Positions 33,675-48,400 of a stretch of 64,000 bases of DNA are shown piece by piece. This DNA comes from Azolla caroliniana (Eukaryota > Plantae > Polypodiophyta): assembly GCA_043228905.1 (NCBI GenBank), contig JBHGNT010000004.1, positions 1,736,001 through 1,800,000 of the forward strand, written 5' to 3'. Numbering within the stretch: the first letter of the stretch is position 1; each line of letters begins with the position of its first letter. The notes under the pieces are model-generated. The model was not told the origin of the DNA. It searched no databases and saw only the letters and a program-made list of their open reading frames with translations. The position numbers were made by a program, and so were the translations under genes.

Positions 33675-36600
33675 TGTTGAGATTTTGACACAGGGTACAA
33701 GATTATAGCAAACAGGAAATGATGGAGCAACTTGGAATGCAAATAAGAAATTTGATTAACAAAACAATCAAATAATACAACAACTGAGAGAGATGGCTAA
33801 AAGATGCAAGGATGCAGAGCACACCAAACAGGTTCCCCAACTTCCTCTTTATATAATAGAGGAAGTGGAGGGAAAAATGAGGTAAGCTTTTGAAAAACTG
33901 AAATACACCTAATATGAAAACTGAAATACAACTAATGTGAAAAATTGTTTCCTTTTACTAATAATAACTTGTGGTGTGGGGTTATATTTAGTAATTAACT
34001 AAGTAGTTGTTCACTGACAACTAATTAGTTAATTATAACTTCTAACACCCCCCCTTAACACCAACACCACACTTGAGGCCAATGTTTTGACAACATGACC
34101 AGTGTTTGAGAGAAGGGACTGGTTTTGTCAAAAAATCAGCCCACATGGTAAGAGTGGGAGTATAACCAATCTGCAAGACATCATCTTCAAATAATTCGCA
34201 CAAGAAATGATATCGAGCCCGAATATGCTTATTTTGATAAGTGATTTTAGGATTTCGTGAAATCTTTATGCATGATTAAGTTATGTGGATGATGTCCAGT
34301 TCCAAAAAAATTGATTGTAGCCAAAGTCCCTCCTTAGCCACCAAAGTAGCCGTAATATATTCTGCTTTGGTGGAGGATAGTGCCACGGTAGCTTGTTTCT
34401 TGGTTCTCCATGTAATGGCACCACCAACAAAAGTGAAAACAAACCCAGATGTGGACCAAGGTGTGTCCTTGTCACCTCCCCAATCCGCATCTGTTGAACC
34501 TTGAAGGACCACCATGTCTTGTTTAGAGGAGGGAGACAAGGCTTTATAGGTTAGTGTCATATCTCTTGAATATTTCAAGTAGCGGAGGACACGTTTCAAA
34601 GCTTCCCAATGACGAGGGCCAGAGTTCTCCATAAAACTAGATAAGAATCTCGTAGAATAGGATAGGTTTGGCCGAGTGCAGCTCACCAAGTATCTTAAAC
34701 TACCTAGAATATGGCGGTAGGGTACTATACTTTGCATGAATGATTCTTCTTCATTTGTAGAGGGAGAGTCATAGGTGGAGAGATGACAAGGGACTGTGAG
34801 GGGAGTGGCAACTAGAGAACAAGTCATCATATCATATTTATGCAAGATGTTGTCAACTAGTTTGCATTGAGATACCGATAGAGTGCCAAGATTTCGATTC
34901 TGGTTGACCTCCAATCCAAGGAAATATTCTAGCTCACCAAGATGTTTGGAGGGAAAAGTTTGTTGTAAGTCGTTGACAAATTGAAGAATGTCAGCCTTAG
35001 AGCTGCCAACAATAGGAAGGTCATCCACATAGACACCCAAAAGAAGAAAATTGCGATCTTTCTTTCGAACATACAAAGTTGGCTCGGACTGTAATTGAAC
35101 AAAACTATTTGTGAGAAGAAATCTATGAAGTTTTGCATACCATTGCCTGGGTGACTGCTTTAAACCATATAATGGTTTGTGCAATTTGCAGACATAGTTG
35201 GGATTTGATTCATCCTTCAAGAGTTGTGGTTGCTCCATGTAGATTTCTTCCTTCAAATCTCCATGTAAGAAAGTTGTCTCAATATCAACATGATGCAATG
35301 CTAAATTTAAGTAGGCAATGATTGCAAAAATAAGACGGAGAGAGGTGAGTTTGAGTGTAGGAGAAAAAGTCTCATGATAATCCACACCAGGAATTTGAGT
35401 AAAACCCCTTGCAACAAGTTGTGCCTTAAAGCGAATATTCCCATGGGCATCATATTTCTTTGTAAACAATCACTTACAACTTACCACATTTGAGTTAGGT
35501 GGCTTTTGGACACCTGCCCATGTGTGTGCATCAACCTCAACTTGTACTGCCTCCAGCCATTTGTCTTTGTCTGGACTTTGTAGAACCTGTTTCACTGTAA
35601 GTATAGGAACAAATGCAACAGTATCATCTGTAACATATGAATGTAATGCAAAAACATCTGAACCTACAATAGATACGAAGCAGTTCTCTATCATATTTGT
35701 AGCATCATAGATTTCACGTAGAGACCGAGTTTTCCCTTTCTTTGTTTGATCTTGTGTTGATGTTGCTGTTGTAGTAGATATTGATCATGAGCAAGGTGGT
35801 GAGTTTGCCCAAGCATGTGCTGCCTACTTCCCAAGTATGAATTCCTTCCCATGTGGTCTTGTACTTGTTTTTGATTCTTTAAGCATCCTTAATTGTTGTA
35901 TCTCCTTCAGCAACATCAGGTTGTAATTCTTGTATAGATGCTCCATCATCCATATGTAAGGGTTTGAATGATGATTTACCTTCATCAAATAACTAGTCTT
36001 CATCAAATTTAATAAATCTACTATATACCACCTTACCAATCTGTGAGTTGTAGATTTTGTATGCTTTCATGCCATTGTAGTCACCATATCCAATGAATCT
36101 TCCTTTGAAACATCGATCATCTAGTTTGGATCTGTGGTGCTCATGGGCATACACATAGGCAACTGCACCAAATACTTTAAGATGAGAAACATTAGGTGGA
36201 TAGCCATACCATAATGTAAAAGGGATTGCATTTCCTAATGCACCGTGTGAAAATCTGTTTTGCAAGTAGCAAGCAGTGGAGATTGCCTCCTCCCAAAAGT
36301 GTTGCTCCATGTGGCCAGTTTTCAGCATGCAGAGGGCTGCATTAAGCAAGGTTCTATTTTTTCTTTCTGCAACACCATTCTGTTGTAGTGTGTAGGAGAC
36401 CGTTTTCTAGTGAAGTATACCATTTTCTTGACAAAAATTTTCCCATTCATGAGAGATATACTCCCCTCCATTGTCGCTACGAAGTATCTTGATGGTGCTT
36501 GATGTTTGTTTTTCTGCATATTTTTTATACTTGCAAAATGTTGCAAATGCTTGATTTTTTTTCTTAATAAAGCGTACTACTATGAATCTAGTAGTATGAT

Positions 36601-38713
36601 CTATGAAAGAAACGAAATAGCTTGCATTTGATGAGGATGGTATTGGGAATGGTCCACATAGATATGTATGGACGAGTTAAAGTAGATGCTTTGTCGTTGT
36701 ACAACTGTCTGTAAATGGTTGGTGTGTCATTTTTCCAAATAGACAGCTTTCACACATGAAATCTGAATTGAAGATTTTGGACGGCAACCCTTGAACTCTT
36801 TCTTGTTGTTGACATTGTTGTAGTGCTTGATAGTGTACATGCCCAAGCTGGCAATGCCATAATTGAGTTAGTGAAGATCTTTTCTTGTGATGTATTTGCA
36901 AGACTGTTGAGAATGCATTTGGAGGATGACTCCGTATTGGATATAAGTGCTTCTCCTTGGGACACACCAATTGTGTACTTGTGTTTCCTTTTCTGAAAAA
37001 TAGAATTGCTTTCTCTTTATAGAATTGTATTATTAGTCCATCTATAGTTGCTTGTCCAACTGATAACAGGTGCTTAGCTAGTCATGGTACATAATAGACA
37101 TTTGGGACTGTAATCTCATGATTATCTGACAATCTAAGTTGAATGCTTCCTTTGTCGATTGCTGTTTTCCGTCCGTTGTCTCCAAAAGTCCTTCCGATAT
37201 GTGAGGTGATGTGTAGCTCCAGTGTCTAGGTACCATGTATCATGTTCAATTTTGTCTCTTCTACAGTGACATGATATGGTTGCAAAATATTGTCATCTTT
37301 TGGTATTTCATCCGAATCTCCTCCAAATTCTGTGTATTCTTATGTCTTCGAGTTTGATTTTTCTTCTAATATTGCATTATTTTCTTGTGATTGTCTTTTG
37401 TTTTCCACAACTTGCTTGAATCGACACACCTTTTCTGTATGCCCTTCTTTTTCACAGTATCTACAAATCAATTTGAAACCACCATTGGACTGTTTTGTTG
37501 AAGGTTTCCCGAAGCATCATTTACCTTGTTGGTACTTGATATTTCTGCACTTTTGTAAGCATTTGATTTAGATCTATATCTATTATTATAAGATGATTTT
37601 TGTGTTTTGCTAAATGATGCAGTCATTGCCACAGACGAAGTGGATTCTTTTAATTGCCGCCAAAGTTTTTCTTGGTGGATCTTGGTAATCAAATCAGACA
37701 AAGAATTACCTTGGCTATTCATGGTGACAAAAGTACTCCAGGATTCTAGAAGTTTACTCAATAGCAGCCCAATCTTCATTTCTTATGAGATTTCATTTCC
37801 CGCAGTGGTGGCTTCTTCGAGATATGTCTCCCAGGTATCCAAGAAGGTAAGAACATCTTCTTCTTCCTGCAAAACCCACATGTGAAATAGTGTGGCAAAA
37901 GTATGGATTCTAGTAGTACCATCTTGTGGTTCAAACATTTGTTCTAGTTTGGACCACATTTCTGCTGCAGTTGTGAGTTTTCGAATGGCATCAACTTGCT
38001 TGTCTTCTACATGCAGTAGTATTTCGAGCTTTTCCCTTTTGTCTTTGTTTTTCCAATCTTTCCATGCTTCTGATTGTGTATTTTTCGGTGCTTGACAGGC
38101 TCCAGTGGTGAGTTCAAGTAGCTCCTCTAGATCAAGTATTAGCTCCATCCTTGGTTTTCAAATTTTGTAGTTCTTTGCGGTAAGTTTATCTACCGAGTAT
38201 TTCCTTGTCTGAGTGGAGATTACCATAATGCTAAGGTGGTTGTCTTTTGCTATGTATATATATATATATTTGAACAACAAAATAAGAGTATGGAGCGGGT
38301 GATATATTTCTAGGCTTCGTACTACTAACGCTTTGATACCATATTGAGATTTTCACACAGGGTACAAGATTATGGCAAACAAGAATGATGGAACAACTTG
38401 GAATGCAAATAAGAAATTTGATTAATAAAACAAGCCAGTAATATAGCAACTGAGAGAGATGGCTAAAAGATGCACGGATGTAGAGCACACCAAACATGTT
38501 CCCCAACTTCCTCTTTATATAACAGAGGAAATGTAGGGAAAAATGAGGTAAGCTTTTGAAAAAGTGAAATACACCTAATATGAAAACGGAAACACAACTA
38601 ATGTGAAAAATTGTAACCTTTTACTAATAATAACTTGGGGTGTGGGGTTATATTTAGTAAATAACTAAGTAGTTGCACACTGACAAAGAATTAGTTAATT
38701 ATAACTTCTGACA
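33675..38713 (-). mobile_element. Ty1/copia LTR retrotransposon, degraded (LTRs 33675-34047 and 38342-38713)
   Basis: Paired ~373-bp LTRs; PBS tggtatcaaagc (tRNA-iMet type) at 38341-38330; PPT next to 34048; gag, WYLD protease, integrase and RT/RNaseH (YVDD, DADWG) fragments with stops and frameshifts; no matching TSD. Confidence 0.93.
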
Positions 38714-41700
38714 ATTTGTCAGAACCATTTCTCATCGCAAGCTGGTCCGGAGTCAGGACACTGGTCCAGGGGTGTGGAGACTAATCGGCAATCGGTCATG
38801 CCGATGTCATAATATGACTCGAACCCATGACCTTATGTTATATGGGTCGAGCTCTTGACCATTACACTATCTATTGTAATACGTAAGATATTATTTTCAT
38901 TTAAGCTTTACTAGAGAAAAATAATGTATATTCTAGATTTCTCTGGAACATTCTAGAAGCTTCAGGACTACTCCTGAGAACACTATAAAAGGAGGCACAA
39001 GGCATTATTTCGAACCAAATTGGTTCAATGCCAGTCTTAAGCCTCCGAACTATCTTGTACTTACTCTTCATATAATATATCATCTGTTGTCATCATTCTC
39101 TCCCTCTCTCGATCGCTCTATCTCTCCCTCTCCTTTTTTCTCTTCCTCTCTCGTGAGTGTTACGCAGTCCCGTCCTTTTAGTACTAATCCTCATAGAACT
39201 TCCCTTCTCTAGTACTAATTCTCTCTCTGTTTTAGTACTATTCCTGACAATTTGAACCAAATTTTCTGGTCTTCTTTTCAGTTTCCCTCATCCTCTTACC
39301 CCTTTTTTCAATACTATGGCTACTGTTAGCGCCCAGGAATATCAATCCATTTTTTTCGAGCTACAATGTCTAAAAGAAAATTTTGTTGCATTGGAACAAG
39401 AAAACCAACGATTATTAGGGGATCTTCAACAAATCTCTTTAGAAAAACAGCAGACGCAGCAACAACATGCCATGGAGCTGCAACAGCAACATGGGTAGTT
39501 AGCGTTACGTGTGCAACAATTCGAAGCAACCATCGCAGCGTTGCAACAACAAGGATCAAGTCCCCAAGGACTTCATAAAGAGCCCAAGATTGAATTTCTT
39601 GTGAAATTCAACGGAACATGATCACAATTCAGAGGATTCCTTAATCAGGTACACTTAGTCATTCAAATGCATCCTTCCTGCTACCCCACTGATGCATCCC
39701 GAGTAGGCCTAATAGGCACGACACATTGCTCAGCGATTCAGCCTTGGCATGGTTTGCTCCGCTTTTAAAAAAAAATCTCCCTTGCTTAATAACTTTGAAG
39801 ACTTTATTAGCAAGTTTAAAGCCTGCTTTGGAGATATCTACAACATCAGAACGACGATTAACAAAATCCGACGGTTGCATCAAGATGATAGTCTAGCCTC
39901 TGCCTACGCGGCGGATTTCCGTCTACTCGCCTCAGACGTCCCTTGGGATGATCAAGCACTAATGGAGAAGTTTCATTATGGCCTGCAAAACGACGTCAAA
40001 GATTTACTTTTAACCAAGTTCCCCGAAGAACCAAAATCTCTTACAGAGGCAATCAGTCGAGTGGTCCAATGCGACAACCGCATTTTCGAACGACGTTTGA
40101 AACGTCAATTTCAAATACCACAAACTAGGCCAAAGCCCACATACACCTCAGTCACAGCTAAACCATTTGCACGAGATGTACCTTAAGCAAATACTCCGAC
40201 ACCGATGGAGATCGACACCATGCATCGACGTGGTCCGTTTTCAGAAGAAGAAAAGCAAGACGTGCAAATCGATTATGTCTTTATTGCGGTGGACCAGGGC
40301 ATATCGCAATCAACTATCCCCGTAGGCCAAGAAGACAGGTAAATCAAATCGTAGCCTATACTAAACCTGAGTCGATTCCCTTAGGAGTGTTTGATAGTAT
40401 TAATAGTACTGATAGCCCAAGTATCTCAAACAAATTTGAAATCCTTAGTCAATTAGAAGAAGAGTTAAACGACTAAGTCCAACTAAAATAGGAGCCGTTT
40501 GGTTGGACAACCCTTAGTGGTTCCATTCCCTCTAAGCAAGTTAGCAATGTGTTCTTAGCCCAAGTCATGGTTAGTACTAAACGTACCCCTCCAGTACACG
40601 TCTTAGCACTTTTAGATTTCGGAGCCAATTCTTGTTTCATGGATCAGAATTTTGCCCAAGCTTCTCAGATATCCTTAAGAAAACTTCCTTGCCCCGCATC
40701 TGTAGTAGTCATTGATGGTAGTCCCATTGCTTCTGGGAATATCGTAGAAGAGTCACAACCCACTCAGGTTGTCCTTAGAGATAGCTTTGTGTGTGTGGTA
40801 TCATTTAATATAATTAGTAGTCTAGAGCACCCCATTGTCCTGGGATTACCTTGGTTTGAATTACATGATCCAGACATGGATTGGAGAACAAGAGAAGTTT
40901 GGTATCGACAACCCTGAGAATCTACTCATCGAGTTTCGACCATTTCGCTACATCAATTATGCGAAGAAGGTCGCAAGGAGTCAATGTTTCTATTTGCAAT
41001 ATGATGCAAGGAATCCTTAGTTCAACTTCCCGCGAAATATCATCCTTATGCCGATGTATTTGACAAGGTAAAAGCCGGTACTCTTCCTCATCATCGTCCC
41101 TATGATTGTCCCATCGATTTACAACTAGGAAAAGAGCCACCTTGGGGACCAATATACAACTTGTCACCAACCGAGTTAGAAGTCCTTCGAGCCTACATAG
41201 AAGAGAATTTGGCAAGCGGGTTTATTCATCATTCGAAATCTCCGGCCGAATCACCCATTTTCTTCGTCTCGTCGTTGATTACCGCGGCTTGAATAAGGTC
41301 ACCATCAGGAATAGGTATGCACTTCCCCTTATATCAAGTCTTTTAGAACGTGTAAATATTGCCAAGTTTTTTACAAAAATCGACCTATGAGGAGCATATA
41401 ACCTCGTGCGGATCTGACCGGGAGACGAATGGAAGACTACTTTTCGCACCCGATATGGGCACTTCGAGTATACCGTTATGCCATTCGGTCTAACCAATGC
41501 GCCCGAAGTCTTCTAGCACATGGCAAATGATATATTCAGAGACCTCTTGGATATCTGTTTGATCATCTATCTGGATGATCTATTGATTTATTCGAAGACC
41601 CAAGAAGAGCATGATTCTCAATGTGTACTATTAGTACTAAAATGACTCCGAGAGCATGGTCTGTATGCCAAACTAGAAGAATGTAGCTTTGACTGCAAGC

Positions 41701-42272
41701 AAGTGGAATTTCTAGGCTACGTCATCTCCTCAAAAGGCATCTCCATGGATCCAGCTAAAGTCAAAACTGTGCTAGAGTGGCAAACTCCACGTTCGTTACA
41801 AGATGTGCAATGTTTCCTTGGCTTTGCTAACTTCTACGACAAGTTTATACAAGATTACTCGAAGATTATTTTGCTTCTCACACAACCTACCAAGAAGGGT
41901 CAGTCATTTCTTTGGTCGAATGAAGCGGACATGGCTTTTATGCATCTTAAGAAAGCCTTTACATCAGCTCCTATTCATGCTCATGTGGATACAAACAAAC
42001 CATTCATCATGGAGGCCAACGCATCGGATTTCGCCCTCGGTAGCATCCTTTCACAACAAGGAGATAAAGACAAGTTACATCCTGTGGCTTTCCACTCGGG
42101 CAAATTTGATGTTGCAGAAATCAACTACAAGATACATGACAAGGAGTTATTAGCCATCATGGATTTGTTTGTGCAATGGTGGCACTTCTTAGAGGGCTCT
42201 CCTCATTAGGTCATCGTCTTCAATGATCACAAAAATCTTGCTTATTTCCAGAACGTTGTACTAAATCGACGG

Positions 42273-42646
42273 TAACAATCGGCAACGGTTTGAACCGAAC
42301 CGAACCACGAAACCATGGTTTAACAGCTTAACGGTTTCAACGGTTTGGTTAGGTTTCAACAGTAAAAAACCGCGGTTTAAACGGTTTAACGGTTTTTTAT
42401 TTTTAAAAAATTTTACAAAATTGTTTTTAAACAATCTTTTCATTTTTAGACCTTATTCTCACATTTTAGGAACATCTTAAAAATTAAAAATTTGACCTAT
42501 GTTGAAAACCGAAACCGAACCATGAAACCGCGGTTTTTTCGGTTTAACAGTTTGAAAATTGTTTACCAGTTTCGTGGTTTGGTTCGGTTTGGTTCAAGTT
42601 TCAATTTGGACCCTCTCAAACCAAACCGAACCATTGCCAATTGTTA
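42273..42646. mobile_element. hAT-type MITE (same family as 12595-12991, opposite orientation) inside the gypsy RNaseH
   Basis: TIRs taacaatcggcaacggtt / aaccattgccaattgtta; TSD atcgacgg/atcgaagg; shared internal ttattctcacattttaggaa. Confidence 0.9.
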
Positions 42647-44218
42647 ATCGAAGGCAAGCTCGGTGAGCCCAATTCCTCACGCGTTTTGACTTCAAAATCA
42701 CATATCGGTCGGGAAAGCAGCAAAGAAAAGCAGATGCTCTATCACGATGCTCATATCTTGCACCTTGTCCTGGTGATCCAACATTTGATAATCAAAAGCA
42801 GGTAATCTTGGGACCAACACGTTTGCACACAACGCGGATTTTTCACACTCCACTGGATTCCAGGATTATGGATGCCATACGTGCCAACTTGAAGACGAAC
42901 AATTTTGCTCAAGTCATTCTAACGCAAATTGATGCCTCTCGGGCATCCTGTTCCCAGTCTGAACAACCAGGTATGGACTACCGGCAATTTGAATATCATG
43001 ATGGTTTATTATTCTTTAAAAAGCTCGTGTATGTTCCCGATGGCTCTTGTCGCCTTCAAATCGCCCAAAATTGTCACAACACCCATACAACTGGACATTT
43101 CGGTAGTACTAAGACGTTGGATCTAGTTCGACAATCTTTTTGGTGGCCCCACATGCGAGGTTTTGTCGACGACTACGTTCGAACCTATGATGCTTGTTGT
43201 TGAGCAAAGATGCCACGACATTATCCATATGGCTTGTTGGAATCCTTACCAATTCCAAGTAAGCTGTGGTAGTCCATTTGTCTTGATTTTATCACAAATT
43301 TTCCAGTCTCAAAGGTTAACCGTAGTTGACCGATATGCTAAAATGGCACATTTTGTGCCTTGTACTAAGGCCATCACTAGTGAGGAAACTGCCGCCCGTG
43401 TCATGCGTGATGTATTTCGCCATCATAGCCTCCTAGACAGTATCATTAGTGACCGAGGACCTTAATTCGTCTCCAAAATTTGGAAACATCTCTTCAAGAT
43501 GCTCAAGGTCTCTTGCAACCTCTCCTCCGGCTACCATCCCCAAACCGATGGGCAAGCGGAACGAACAAATCAAACATTGGACGTTATCAACAGGACTATT
43601 GGGCTGATATTCTCCACTTTTCTAAGTTTGCTTATAATAACGTTATTCACTCCTCGACTCGGGTCTCCCCATTTTACGCTTATATCGGTTCTCATCCTCG
43701 CTGGTTTGTTATCAACATTTCGGAGCTACCTACCAATCCTCGTGCCGAGGATCATTTGGAGAGGCTACACAAGATTCAAACGGATCATATGATCAACACA
43801 CACAAAAGACTTATGCAGATCGTCATCGACTTCCCTCCTCTTTTGCCATCGGAGATCGAGTATGGCTCTTACGTCATCACATCAAGACTACTCGACCGTG
43901 CAACAAATTGGATTATTGACGACTCGATACTTTCCGTATTACCGGCAAGGTTAATGATGTCATGTTCTGCCTTGATCTTCCTCCGCACCTTCAAATACAT
44001 CTGGTCTTCCATAATTCTCTTCTCGAACCTTATCAGGCCAACACTATTCCCGATTGTGTTACACCACCACCGCCCCTGCTTGGGTTGGACGCCGGCTCGG
44101 AGTATGAAGTTTCTGCCATCGTCGACTTCAAGTTTGTTCGTAACAAGCTTTATTATTTGGTCGATTGGCTTGACTATAGTCCGAGCAAATGTACTTGGGA
44201 ACCCGTCGAGCATGTCGT

Positions 44219-45062
44219 TGTTACCCGGACAAAGGGGCGGTCGGTCAAGTGGAGAAGCGTCGGAGTCGGAAATGTCAGAGTCAGAGTCAGAGTCGAAGTC
44301 GGATCAATAAAGAGGATCGATGAGTCAACATTTTGCCGAATATAATTAAAAACTGAAAATATAGTTAGTTACAGATTTTGTAATTCTTGTTGTTATGGCA
44401 ATATGTTTCTTGATGAGGAAGTCCTTTCAGTTGCTTATAAAAGGAATTGAAGGCATTGTAAAAACTATCGTTTATTTTAGTAATATAAGTTTAGTTGTAG
44501 GAAATCTCAGCGTGCAATTCGTTATTCTTCTAATCTATTTCCATCTTAATATAACTATATTACATAAGTAACGATCTCGATGTATGCATAACATCGATAT
44601 TATTACAGTAACTTAATATTCATTCGTCTAACCACAATCCATTGATAGAACGTTCGGTAAACAACGTTGGACTTATACTGGTGTCGACAACATAGTCCAT
44701 TGTTGCCCGGACAACACAGTATAATTTTGGCACGCCCGGTGGGAGTGTTCTTGGCTCCACCCCCCTCCCAAGGGGTTAAGTGAGAAGAAACTAGAGAGAG
44801 AGAGAAAGAGAGAGAGACAAAACAATGTTGACAGGAAAACTTGTATTATCATTCATGTCCCCTATGGTGGGGTTATATAGGTACATTCCATGAGGGTTAC
44901 AAATCAAGAACGTACAATGAGGCTTGTAGATTAGTTATATAACCTTCTAACAACCTACCCATTATACATATTAATATACTCACACTTATGTGCACATCTG
45001 CACATACAATTACACATGACTACACACTGTACTCTCATACACTTTCAATCCAACGGATAACA
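44219..45062. mobile_element. Composite LTR remnant in the chromodomain: LTR (44219-44716) + PBS (44728-44744) + second LTR-like segment (44746-45062)
   Basis: TG...CA ends; TSD gtcgt/gtcgc; chromodomain frame resumes after it (WEPVEHV|AKAQDLLADF); PBS-like tggcacgcccggtggga. Confidence 0.75.
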
Positions 45063-45498
45063 GTCGCCAAGGCTCAGGATCTTCTTGCTGATTTCCAGCG
45101 ACAGTATCGGGACAAACCTGATTCTCAATCAATGCCGACTCATAACACTCGTCATTTGAAGGGGGGATAGTATCATGATATGACTCGAACCCATGACCTT
45201 ATGTTATATGGGTCGAGCTCTTGACCATTACACTATCTATTGTAATACGTAAGATATGTATTATTTTCATTTAAGTTTTATTATAGAAAAGTAATGTATA
45301 TTCCAGATTTCTCTGGAACATTCTAGAAGCTTCAAGACTACTCTTGAGAACACTATAAAAGGAGGCATAAGGCATTATTTCGAACCAAATTGTTTCAATG
45401 CCAGTCTTAAGCCTCCTAGTTATCTTGTACTTACTCTTCATATAATATATCATCTATTATCATCATTCTCTCCCTCTCTCGCTTGCTCTATCTCTCTC

Positions 45499-48400
45499 TT
45501 GGTAGAAACACATCAGAGCCCAAATAGAGGACTCCCACGGGTCGAAGGATTCCGTTGGGAGTCCGCTTTTAGACAAACCTCACGTCGACACACTACTAGG
45601 GGATCTGGAGGTGTCGCGATACTATTTCGTAGAGAGCTACATAATAGGATAGAAATAATGAAGATAGACCCAGAAGCTCGTTTTATGTGGGTGAAAGTCT
45701 CCACAAGCAAAGACCATGCAGTATTTTTCGCCATTTGTTACTTTCCCCCAAAAGGATCCCGTTATAATATTAGTGGCTTGACGAGATTAGTCGATGAAGG
45801 AATGCCACATGGGCCTTCTCCATACGAACCCCTATCGGATGACATAATCCGATATTCTTCCCAAGGAGAAGTATTTCTTGTAGGAGACTTCAATGCGAGA
45901 ACCCAATCCCGACAATGCACAGTATTTCAGATGAATAGAAACCTAGAAATGGTAAATGTTGACCCTTTAGACATAGGCACCACACGTAGATCAAAGGATC
46001 AAGGTGCGGACGCCACGAGCTTTGGCCATCACCTGCTCGAACTTGGCAGTCGGCACCAGATGGTCATATATAATGGTTTAGCTAAGTGGCCGGGCTCGGA
46101 AGAGCTCACATGTTTCCCACATGGAGGAGGGGAAAGCACAGTTGACTATCTAATAGGGCGCCCGACAGCTACCCACTTGATTAACTCCTTCCGAGTGGCC
46201 CCATGCCCTATTGGCGCAGACCATAGCTTCTTATACTTCGAGCTAAAATGTGATATCTCTAAGGTCACCAAGTCTAGTCAACCATGCCATCACACCACAA
46301 TACATTTCACACATGAGCTCTCTGACATATACTCTCAACATGTTCAGGCCCATCTCCCCTCCATTAATCCCTCTCTACCGTTAGAAAGCCTTAGTACAAA
46401 ACTCACACACATCCTTCACTCCGCAGCAGCTAGCAGTTTCCCATATACAGAACACTCAAATCAAGGTAGATCAGGATCAATGCCACAAAATAAATGGTAT
46501 GACGAGGATTGTAGGGACCTACATAGACAACTTACAATATCGCAACTCAATGGTAGTATTACCTCCACACAAGCTCGCAAAGAAATGCGTAAGACGACAC
46601 GTCGTAAGAGACGAGCGTGGGAGGCATCCCAATACTGGGAACTCTACCATATGCTCATGAGTAGCGATTGCGCCACGGCATGGAAGAGACTACGGGAGCC
46701 AAGACCACAAACACCCATCGAAGATCCCGAAACTTGGCACACATATACAGAGAGACTTTACCAAATCCCAAACCAGCCACCTTTTCCAATGCCTTCCACA
46801 CTCCGGCCTACCACGGGGACACTTTTCACGACCTCTAGGGTCATGAAGGTCATAAAGAAATTACAACATAGGAAGTCCATGGACCACACAGGATTGCGAG
46901 CAGAACACATTATATATGCGAGAGAGTGCCTAGCTCCCTTGCTAACTCTAATCTTCAATCGTGCCCTTGCGGAGGGTTTTCCACCACAGTGGACTATGAA
47001 TACAGTGACCCCCATACATAAAGGGGGGGACCCCATGGACCCAAATACATATAGGACCATTATGATAGGCCATACCCTTGCTAAGTTATATGGTGCAGTA
47101 ATGGAAGCAGAGCTTAGCGACTACATGGAGACCCTAAACCTTCGTGCACCTGAACAAGCTGGCTTTAGACGAGCCTTCTCCACTATTGATCACATCTTCA
47201 CACTTAGATGCCTAATTGACCAAACTAGGGCTCGCAAGAAGAGATTATATTGTTGTTTTGTGGACTTCCGCAAAGCCTTTGACACAGTCCCTAGAGATCG
47301 GTTGTCTGATAGACTTAAAAGCTTGAGGATACCAGATGATATGGTATGGGCCATCTACGCACTATATGAACAAGTGTCCGGGTGTGTCCAATGCCCAGGT
47401 GGCCTATCCAATCGTTTCACTAGCACTATTGGTGTAAAACAAGGTTGCCCCCTATCACCGACGCTTTTTGGGATCTACATTGATGAGATCACAGATTTTA
47501 TTGCTCGTGAGGGAGGCACCGGAGTGGTCCTTGGGGATACGCAGGTTCGTATCTTGCTCTATGCGGATGACATAGTTTTGCTCTCTGAATCCGAACACGA
47601 CCTACAGAGGCACCTCAATGCCTTAGATGACTTTTGTGTACAACGAGGATTGGTAGTGAATCTAGGGAAAATGAAAGTCCTTATCTTCCACACATCGGCC
47701 CAAGTTAGAGCTAAGTGTCACCTAACTATCTCCCATAGCCCAGTCGAGGTGGTTGGATCGTACGTATATCTTGGAGTCACTTTTAGTGCCCGCTCAGGTA
47801 AATTTTCAATGACACAGGCAGCGAAGGATAGACTCACGAGAGGACATGCATCCCTCTCACTCCTAGAGAGACAATGCCACCAAGCACACTTTCAAGAGCC
47901 ACGGACTAAAGGGTGGCTCTTTGACTCATTAGTGACCCCCTCCCTCATGTATGCATCTGCGGTTTGGGCTCCAGGATTACCATCCTTCATGTGGACGCAA
48001 TTAGAGAGACCATTGGTGATGATGCTATCACGCCAACTCCGAAGCAAATCGACTGTACCACATGACATTATTAGGGCCGAGTTCACGTTACCCCCAATGC
48101 TAGTAGAGGCACTTTTTCAACTTGTAGTCTTTATTGATAGGATACATAGCCAACCACATGATAGAATATCTCATCAAGCCTTTAAGGCCTCTCGATCATT
48201 GTATGAGTCCGGCTATACTAGCTCATGGTATGGCATGATGGTGACTTGGCTTCTTGCGAATGGTCTAGACATTAATAACCTACCTCCCCTTAGGTACAAC
48301 CACACGAGTGATAACACCTTAATCTCTCATGAGAACCGCAATAAAGTAATACGCCAAGAAATATGGCAAATTTACACTCGGTGTAAATGGATCACCCCAC

